Assembly: GCA_002245135.1 (NCBI GenBank) | Contig: NGBS01000894.1 | Coordinates: 62,001-126,000 of the forward strand | Length of the DNA stretch: 64,000 nt | Direction of reading: 5' to 3' | Source of the DNA: Proteromonas lacertae | Lineage: Eukaryota | Shown: piece by piece, positions 57,001 through 64,000 of the stretch | How the letters are laid out: every line of letters starts with the position of its first letter | How positions within the stretch are numbered: position 1 is the first letter of the stretch | Notes under the pieces: model-generated | The model's input: only the letters and a program-made list of their open reading frames with translations | Told to the model about the DNA's origin: nothing | Databases searched by the model: none | Position numbers and translations under genes: made by a program

Positions 57001-58666
57001 TTTGGTTCAAAGATCTCGATAGAAAGTGATGAAATAATAATGAAGAGTGAAAAGTCGTCTGGAATAATAATGTCCGATATAAATGGTACAATCTCCCTAA
57101 ATAGTATAAAAGAAAATATGAATAATTCAATAATAATGGAAAGTATGTCAAAAGGAGAAATCGAATTATCTAGTGAAAAATCAATTCGAAATTTCAAGTG
57201 ATAAGAAAGATAGTTCAATAATAATATCTGGTGGAAATAATAATTCAAGTGAAAACAATGTTGGATCAATCTATTTCTTATCAAATGAGACAATATTGAA
57301 TGGTAGTATAAGTATTGAAAGTGGTAAAGGTGTAAACAGTGGAAATATAATAATCGAAGGAATGGTAGATAAGAATACAAATAAAGAAGGTAGTTCAATA
57401 ATATTAGAAAGTAATAAAGTGAATGGTTCTATTGAAATATCTAGTGGAAGTGGTTTAAAATCCAATGGTTCAATAATCTTTGAAAGTGGTTCAAACGATA
57501 ACAAAGTCGGTGAAATATCAATAAACAGTGATAAGATGGAGATAGGTAAAGAATTGAAATTGGAAAGTGGTAAAGGTTTAATAAATGGCAATATAAATAT
57601 TGAAAGTAAGATATTTGAATTAAATAATAAAGAAAAATCTATGAAGATAGAAAATATGAATGGTAGTTTATTATTGAACAGTAGTAAATTAATATTAAAT
57701 AATGATGAAATAATATTAGGCAACAAAGATTTAGAGAGACTGGAAATCTCCTCTTCGAAAGAAAATATCGAAATGTCTAGTATAAATGGTAAGAAATCGA
57801 TAAGAATCAATTCTACAAGTGAAGGTAAAATCAATGAAATAAAGATCGAAAATTCGGAGACAATAATCGATAGTGAAAAATTCGAGATAAATGGAAAGAA
57901 GATATCAATAGTCAGTATAAATGATAGTAAGTATCAATCAATTAAGACAAAATTACAATCTAAGAAAATCAAATTTAGTATGAACGTTAGTGAACCATTA
58001 GTAGTGAAATCACTTCATATTAGTAATAATGAAAATACATCTAATTTACATATATTATCAACCACTAATTCAAGTGAAGTAAATGTTATATCAAATTATA
58101 TTAATAATAAATCAAATATTATTACAATTTCATCCTTAAGTAGATCAAAATCTAATGTTCTTATTAATTCAAAGAATATATCTCTCAGTAGTGGAAGAAA
58201 TGGAAATGTTACAATAGAATCTGATGAAATGAGAATAAAATCAAATTCTGCTAAGAAGTCAAAGATAGTATTTAATGCAAGTAGTAATAACTTACACTCA
58301 AATAAATCTGTTTCAATTGATACAGGAAATAATTCAGTAAGTATAACAGAAGAAGGTTTAACTGTGAAGAGAAAGAATTTACCTGAAGGTTTAACTCCAT
58401 TTATATTAACTGGTTTAACAACATTTGAATATAATGTGAATGGTACTCTTCAAATATATGCATGTGAACGTCATGCATTCCCTGATAATAAGGTTAAATA
58501 CAATGATTTTGTTAAAATAACAGTTTCAGGAAAAGAATCAGAAAATGTTGATTCTTCTGTGTTTATAAATAAGAAGTTCAAAGGAGTAAGAATATGTAGT
58601 AGAGATAAATCAGTCAATTATGATTTAACAATAAAAGCATTAGTATATCAATCAGGAAACAAATAA
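2..58666 (+). CDS. Giant intronless Gly/Ser/Ile-rich beta-repeat (fibre-like) protein of at least ~19,500 aa with an internal Peptidase S74 autoprocessing domain; 5' end lies outside the window; five apparent indel errors
   Basis: The frame is open from base 2 (TEYGTGDINIETGESNM...). ORFs 50-22606, 22473-46181, 46198-56097, 56100-56342, 56284-57201 and 57173-58666 continue the same repeat grammar across breaks at ~22535, ~46146, ~56092-56105, ~56310 and ~57185. The last two are single extra bases relative to identical repeat copies. The gene ends at TAA 58664-58666, followed by AT-rich non-coding DNA. Confidence 0.85.
6473..11391 (+). repeat. Two apparently identical in-frame copies of a 2363-bp coding segment (6473-8835 and 9029-11391) separated by a 193-bp unique spacer
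   Basis: Offset of 2556 bp confirmed at both ends, and by duplicated antisense ORFs (6619 vs 9175, 8254 vs 10810). Confidence 0.95.
13154..13486 (+). other. Peptidase S74 / intramolecular chaperone autoprocessing (ICA) domain within the giant CDS
   Basis: YP|SDRRIKENIKVIDVDNILQRLQLLELKSYTYTKEW...VRGVIAQEAYEVFPEYIV...IDLLAAIQSF matches the SD.R.K.NI / G.IAQE...FP..V / L..AIQ consensus of phage tail-spike chaperones and MYRF. Ser codon 13154-13156, Lys codon 13169-13171. Confidence 0.92.
22794..28398 (+). repeat. Mosaic of identical in-frame coding modules (2-5 copies each) with short unique spacers (24398-24627, ~26203-26268)
   Basis: The SGSIYINSSDSSVVG module recurs 5 times. The long module recurs at offsets 1602 and 3798 (antisense ORFs at 23435, 25037, 27233). 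Confidence 0.93.
29565..40336 (+). repeat. 1998-bp (666-aa) unit: full copies at ~31343, ~33341 and ~38087, plus partial copies at ~29565, ~35339, ~36360 and ~40085, with unique spacers
   Basis: DGSISIVGGSGAKTSG start motif occurs 7 times. Offsets of 1998 and 6744 are seen in the antisense ORF track. Spacers at ~30630-31340, ~35936-36359 and ~37532-38082. Confidence 0.93.
40326..45259 (+). repeat. Higher-order coding repeat: 2340-bp unit made of 894+768+678-bp subunits, two copies plus a partial copy
   Basis: agtggttcaatatccttaaatgg starts at 40326, 41220, 41988, 42666, 43560, 44328 and 45006. Confidence 0.95.
47047..57897 (+). repeat. Higher-order coding repeat: 13 copies of a core (LSNETILNGSISIESG...) arranged as a 4155-bp pentamer (819+648+819+924+945) x2 plus three further units
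   Basis: tcaaatgagacaatattg starts at 47053, 47872, 48520, 49339, 50263, 51208, 52027, 52675, 53494, 54418, 55363, 56335 and 57281. Confidence 0.95.
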
Positions 58667-58775
58667 TTAATCTATATCATATTATTATTATTATTATAAA
58701 ATTATATTCATTATATTAATTGTGTTGTTTATTGGAAAAAGAAATAAAAATTTCAAACATATAAAAATTAATTAT

Positions 58776-59570
58776 TTATTTTCTTCTCATATTTCCCATT
58801 TTTCTTTTCATTGATTTTGTTTGGTATTTTGTTGGAGACATATATCTTGGATCTGAAGTTAAAATTGTTTGAAGTTCTTCTTGAGATTTAGGGAGAGGAA
58901 GTGAGTTTTCTGCTCTCTTCTTTATACACCTGTGAATTTCTATAAAAATTATTTGAAATTGTAAGATTTTTATATACGTTCTTGCATTTCATACATTTTT
59001 AAAACTGCATTTACAACTTCGACATCAACTTTAGAATTTTCAGCTATTCTAAGTTTCTCTTTTCTCTTTATTAAAGTATAATTATCCAATTCTTCTTTCT
59101 AAATTATAATTTACATATATAATAATAATACTTGACAATTATTCAGCACTGCCAGATAATTCTTCATATCTGTTACTTCAGGCTAACATTATATAACATT
59201 ATCATTATACTGACTTTTTTACTCCTGGAATGTATGATTTCCATCCATCTGCACCACTCATATCATAAGATTTCTATTATAAAAAAACATTATATTGACA
59301 TTAAATACCTTCATAAATTCTTTAAATTGAGCTAATGTGTATCTATCACACGTGCTCATTTCTTTAATAATTTCTGACATTAATTTCTCTAAAAATAATA
59401 AAAATGTTAATACCTTGTTTCTCCAAATTTGATTTTTCTAATTTGTCAGTAACACTATTTTTTATTGAATCAATAATCCCAAAATATCGAATATTGTATA
59501 ATGGCTTGTTATATTTCACATTCTGAATTGGTATACGAAACAATTTTATCGTACAAATTCTACTAAACAT
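58776..59570 (-). CDS. Mitochondrion/MRO-targeted stand-alone Ffh/SRP54 M-domain (SRP_SPB)-like protein, 211 aa, 6 exons
   Basis: Manual splicing with introns 59413-59389, 59308-59274, 59210-59183, 59131-59099 and 58977-58940 (25, 35, 28, 33, 38 nt) gives an uninterrupted ORF: MFSRICTIKLFRIPIQNVKYNKPLYNIRYFGIIDSIK...YTLAQFKEFMKKSYDMSGADGWKSYIPGV...MKNYLAVLNNCQKEELDNYTLIKRKEKLRIAENSKVDVEVVNAVLKMYEMQ...RRK*. It has a basic, acid-free presequence and the M-domain pattern (FTL..F...IPG; EE..N...RIA..S.V.V..VN..LK.F). Confidence 0.8.
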
Positions 59571-59683
59571 AATCTTTACAAAACTATTCCAAAATTCAAT
59601 TGAAAAATGAAAAAACAATTTCCAAGCTTTTTCGAACTTTTCTTATTTAAATTTAAATTTTATGATAAACCATCAAATTTGAG
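59571..59683. promoter_or_regulatory. Probable compact bidirectional promoter between head-to-head genes
   Basis: Only 113 bp of AT-rich sequence separate the divergent ATGs at 59570 (-) and 59684 (+). Confidence 0.5.
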
Positions 59684-60149
59684 ATGCCATACTATCATAG
59701 ATTGGATAGCGATTCTTTTGAAGATGATGGTTCAGAAGAAGCACAGCCTTTTAGTGTATTTTTCAGACTCAATTCTTTTGTAGTTAAGCTATCAACAACA
59801 AATTCAACATTTAGATGAATTGAACAGTCATTTAGAAGAAATTGGACATTTATCATTGGCAGTTGGAGATCGTTTAGAAGAACAAGGGAAGTATTATTTA
59901 TTGATTCAATATATTAGACTATTAGAGGGAGTAGATAGTACTGTTGCAAACGCTATAGAATCTCATCATTTACTCAATAGACAAATGAATAGTCACAATT
60001 TTTCTTCCTATTCATTTAGTCATGAACTTGATTGTATCATTTGTTTAATTTTAATAATTATAATATTACTTATAATAGCTATAATAAAATCAATTTATTT
60101 TTATGTTTTGTCTTTCAATCTATACAAAAACAATGGTAAAACAACATAA
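59684..60149 (+). CDS. Small tail-anchored Qc-type SNARE (syntaxin-6/8 or Bet1-like)
   Basis: ATG 59684, intron 59756-59783 (28 nt) and probable in-frame intron 59891-59917 (27 nt). Heptad QIQHLDELNSHLEEIGHLSLAVGDRLEEQGKLLEGVDSTV has a zero-layer Q, followed by the TM segment CIICLILIIIILLIIAII. Confidence 0.78.
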
Positions 60150-60153
60150 TAAC

Positions 60154-60195
60154 AATAATAATAATAATAATAATAATAATATATATATATATATA
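60154..60195. repeat. (AAT)n followed by (AT)n microsatellite between convergent genes
   Basis: Read directly from the sequence. Confidence 0.9.
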
Positions 60196-60239
60196 CATGT
60201 ATTATAACGTCTTTTACTAAAAGATATATTACATACATT

Positions 60240-61829
60240 CTATCTCAATATTGTCAATATCAATCTGCAATCTTGAGAAATATCATTTAAATATTCAGAT
60301 GAATTAGATTCTATGTCATTCAACTTCACCAAAAACTGAGTAAAACTATTTCTGTAAGAATAAAATAGATTCAAAAACGAAGATTCTTGACACCATAAAG
60401 ATAAATCATGAATAATTGGTTGACTTCCTTTTTTCAATATTTTGCAAAGTGCAATTCCCACTAAATCAACTATTTCATCATTCAATACTTTATCAAAATC
60501 TAATGTTAACTGTTTAATATAACAGAGGAACTTGGATTCCTATAAAAATAATAATATATAAATTATTATATTATAATACTTTTTCAATTGAAGAATTAGG
60601 CCAAAACTTTAAAAGATTTTTGAGGAACTATAGATATATAATATTATTTAATAATATATACAACTGGCAATTGTTCATTAGATTGTTTAACTATTTTGCA
60701 TATGATATTATAATATGGATCAGAAATAATCAAAAAATCATCTTTCTATTACAAAATATAATTACGAAAATTGAATACTTTAATTAATATATAAATAAGT
60801 TTAAGATAGCTAGAACCCATATCTGATTCGGGGTCAAATGTATTTGTTAAATAAATTCTATTTAATAATAATAATAATAATAATAATACTCTGCAGATAA
60901 ATTAAGTATATTAATAAACCCTACAATATTAATATCATTATAAATAAAATCATAAAAGACATGTAATATTTCATCTCTAAAATTAAACCTTGTCTCTGAA
61001 TATTTCTTATAAATAATCTGATTTAATCTGTATATTGATTGAGATTGTTCTGCTGGAATTGTACTTAATACTCTGATTATTAGCGGAACAAAACTTCTTT
61101 TACTAAGTAAATATGAAGTGTGGGTATGAGTTACAGCAACTAGTAACAGTGAATAACATATCTATATAACTATTAAAAAAAATATATTTTATACTTCTCT
61201 TATAGTGTATAGTGGAGTGTCTTTTACTGGTAACGATGTGCAGGACAATATCACTTCCATCTATTATAATTATGATATAATTAATAGATACGAGGTCTAT
61301 TAGTTGGGGTGTTGAATCACACAGCATTGTTGGATTAGGTTTATCACGAACTTGTTCAGCAACTGATTGAAGTATCTATTAATTATAAACGATATGCTCA
61401 AAATACAGTAACTACTTCAGCAGTATTAGTATTAGTCTCAGGTGGTTGATTTGAAGTAAATAGTGACTTTAAATATGTTTGGCATGAGATGAATTTCATT
61501 GATATTGGATTTAATAATGCTTGTTCTTCTACCATCGATAAGCTTCGTGGCACTAATGATGTTCTTCTATTACTTCTGCTTGTAAACGTAGAATTAGATC
61601 TACTAAAATTAGTCTTACCAAAGACGAAACCTGGTGATGATGGTCTTCTCATACTTGTGCTAACAAATTTCTTTGAGTTTTGTCTGTGAAAAGATAGAGG
61701 TGGTGACGTAGATCCAGGTTTGGGTGGAGTTGCTTTAATTGTTTGAGAAGATCTTTTAGATGGAACGATAGATGTTCCACTTGTAGAAAATTTAAATGTT
61801 GTAAAATCATCATCACAATCTTTCGACAT
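60240..61829 (-). CDS. Divergent PP2A B56 (B') regulatory-subunit-like protein with Ser/Arg/Pro-rich disordered N-terminus, 8 exons
   Basis: Seven ~31-40 nt GT-AG introns (e.g. 61406-61376, 61291-61261, 61194-61162, 60889-60858) splice into one frame. IIYKKYSETRFNFRDEILHVFYDFIY and FLKNLLKFWPNSSIEKESKFL resemble B56 (RIYGKF..LR..IR..I..IFY.FIY; LLKYWP..HS.KEVMFL). Confidence 0.7.
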
Positions 61830-61892
61830 TTATAAAACTGAAATTTAAAAAATAATTATTGTGAAACGAATATAATTTTTAAATATAAATGA

Positions 61893-63269
61893 TTAATTTA
61901 TAAGGTTTTCTTTTCTAGCTGCTAATATTTGATTTGAAAAACTGGCAAAATCACTTGGACTGCTTGCTTTAGATAAAAACGGGATGTAAAAGAAGTTGTG
62001 ATGCATTTGCTCTTTGTTTTGGCTATAATATATATTAGTAATAAATATAATAATTATACATCCATATTCAAACAATTAGACAAAAAATCCAATAATTCAT
62101 TTGACCATTTGTAAGGTTCTTTAACTGTTGGAGAATCTCCAGATATAATCTGTAATAATGCTTTCATAACTTGCAAATGTATCCATGGTGGTTCTCCATC
62201 TGCCATTTCTATTGCTGTTATACCCATAGACCAAACATCTACTTTATCATCATATTCATTACCTCTTATTAACTCTGGAGCCATCCAATATGGTGTACCT
62301 ACTATACTTTTTCTTTTTTGATTCTCTTGAGTCAATCCTATAGCAAAACCAAAATCTGCTATTTTTATCCTACCATCATGGTCTACTAAGATATTATCAC
62401 TCTTTATATCTCTATGAAGTCTATGATGTATATGCATTGTAGCTAACGCACTACACAAATTACTTGATACATATGAGATATAACTTTCTTCAAATCCTAA
62501 GCTTGAACCTATTATTTCAGTTAGAGGACCTCCAGCCATTAATTCCATTACGATCCATAACCGATTATCCCATTCAAAACTCTCAAAATATTGGACTATA
62601 CTTTCATGAATACAAGATGACTGTATGATTATTTCATTTTTAATTGATTCATATTCTGTCATTGGACATGTCTTAATTGCCCTTTTACAACCGTCTGACT
62701 TATTTATTGCTTCATATACTATACCTACAGCTCCTTGACCTATTTTTGATACTAAATTATAACTTTTATTCGGATCTTCTTTTTTAAACAGCAATTTCTT
62801 TTGTTCAGATGTCATTTCTGTTGATGATGTGTAATGAAGTTTTGAACCATTATTCGTTTGAAATCTTAGTACATCTAATACCTCCATTGGATGTGCCTTT
62901 ATATCATCAGGTGTTATTGTCGATGAGTTCAATAACTCTACCCATTCTTGAGGTAAGTTATCAAAGCCTAAAGGATTGCTGGAATTTACTGTCACATGTA
63001 TTTTTCTCACAAATCCTGTGGGTTTTGATATTTTTGGATCAGTATTTGTATCACTAACTTGTAATTCCTAATGCATTGGTCAAATTAAAATATAAATAAT
63101 ACAATTGGTAACGTCATTCCCTCACTAACTTTTGCACATTCTTTTAAGTGATCTGGTAGCTTTTCATAGATTTCTTTAGGTATATCCTATGGACAGTAAA
63201 TAGAATGTGTACCTGAAGATTATTATCGACGTGAAACACTCTTTTAAAAGCTATTACATTGTTGGACAT
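61893..63269 (-). CDS. PAK/STE20-family Ser/Thr kinase with CRIB/autoinhibitory region, 4 exons; apparent 1-nt insertion near the 3' end
   Basis: GQGAVG, AIK, HRDIKSDN, DFG, GTPYWMAPE and DVWSMGI motifs; CRIB ISKPTGFVRKIHV..GFDNLPQEW. Introns 63212-63187, 63102-63068 and 62059-62023. ATG at 63269. The typical HPFLSKA tail is reached only by removing one base at 61981-61983. Confidence 0.93.
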
Positions 63270-63644
63270 TATTCAATCAAAAGAAAAAAGGAATAAAAAA
63301 ATCAAGCCAAACCTATAAAAAAACTATATAATCATATTATGGATAAAGATATAAGTAAATTACAATCATTTATGTATATGCTTAAATGAAATATATCTAC
63401 AAAAATAAAAAAAATGAACCGTCATCAAAAATATATAATTGCTCACAAAGGAATTATTACCTAAAATAACAACAGCATTTTCATTTATAGTTTTCATGGA
63501 AATATTTCTTTTTGAGTAATTTTTGATACTTCAAGAAAAATCTGAAAAATGCAGTGAAACACAAATCCCAGCTTGTCAAGAGTTTGAGATTGAAATTGTT
63601 TATTTGAGTTTTTCTAAGTAATACTCATGAATAATTAAATCGAC

Positions 63645-64000
63645 ATGAATTGTAATATCGCTTTTATATTGTTTGTAATCCTTTTCACTTGGATATTGTA
63701 TTCATTACTTTTTAATCATTGTATAGGCAAGTCCTTCAAAGCTGAAATTACCGCTGATAGCCATGGACCTTTTGGAGAAAAACAATTACCTATCAAGATC
63801 AGAGTTGTATTTGAATAGTATACATTTCTTTCAATTACTTTTTACATAGTGCTGTTGTTGATTTACCAAAAGAAGGTTTAGTTGGTGCAAATTGGACAAT
63901 TGGTAATATTGCTGCTTCCGAAGATAACATGACATTTACTGTAGATTTAACTCCAGTAAACAAGTTAATATGGGGTGAAAGTCCAATTTATTTGAAAGAA
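63645..64000 (+). CDS. 5' part of a secreted/surface protein with signal peptide and bacterial-Ig-like (Big_13-type) domain; runs off the window
   Basis: MNCNIAFILFVILFTWILYSLLFNHCIG is a hydrophobic leader. A 32-nt intron at 63818-63849 removes the in-frame TAG and gives PIKIRVVFEYAVVDLPKEGLVGANWTIGNIAASEDNMTFTVDLTP. Confidence 0.62.

Noticed and set aside
22473..57201. Treating the large ORFs as separate genes in an operon-like cluster
   Set aside because: Their starts are GTG/TTG inside continuous repeat sequence. The overlapping ends are out-of-frame junk, and there is no intergenic DNA.
739..57834. Numerous minus-strand ORFs (Pro/Leu/Ile/Ser-rich or His/Phe/Tyr-rich, up to 636 aa) and short alternative plus-frame ORFs
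   Set aside because: They are shadows of the biased codon usage of the giant plus-strand CDS, recur exactly with its DNA repeats, and show no recognisable domains.
47047..57897. CRISPR-like repeat-spacer array
   Set aside because: Units are hundreds of bp, in frame and protein-coding, spacers recur, there are no cas genes, and the context is eukaryotic.
2..58666. Prophage or endogenous giant-virus insertion
   Set aside because: No capsid, integrase, polymerase or terminal repeats are visible, and the 3' neighbour is an ordinary intron-rich host gene 109 bp away. Ancient transfer of the gene itself is not excluded.
59132..63057. Short ORFs 59132-59335(+), 61489-61689(+), 62809-63057(+) and 61103-61327(-)
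   Set aside because: They are antisense to, or intron read-throughs of, the spliced genes reconstructed above.
1..64000. Ciliate origin (tiny introns, AT-rich)
   Set aside because: TAA/TAG behave as stops at gene ends and are absent in frame over tens of kb, which fits the standard code rather than a Paramecium-type code.

Overview
AT-rich eukaryotic DNA using the standard genetic code, with dense genes and tiny 25-40 nt GT-AG introns. This pattern suggests a Blastocystis/Proteromonas-like stramenopile, but that is inference. Positions <2-58666 are best read as ONE intronless, 5'-truncated gene of at least ~19,500 codons. The ORF track splits it at five breaks that look like sequencing/assembly indels. 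The protein is almost entirely Gly/Ser/Ile-rich short beta-strand repeats. It carries an internal Peptidase S74 / intramolecular-chaperone autoprocessing domain of the phage tail-fibre and MYRF type, with an intact Ser...Lys dyad (13154-13486). It also has five blocks of near-perfect in-frame modular or higher-order DNA repeats and a small unique C-terminal domain. The last 5.3 kb hold five spliced genes that I reconstructed by hand: a mitochondrially targeted stand-alone Ffh/SRP54 M-domain-like protein, a Qc-SNARE, a divergent PP2A B56-like protein, a PAK/STE20 kinase, and the start of a secreted protein with a bacterial-Ig-like domain.
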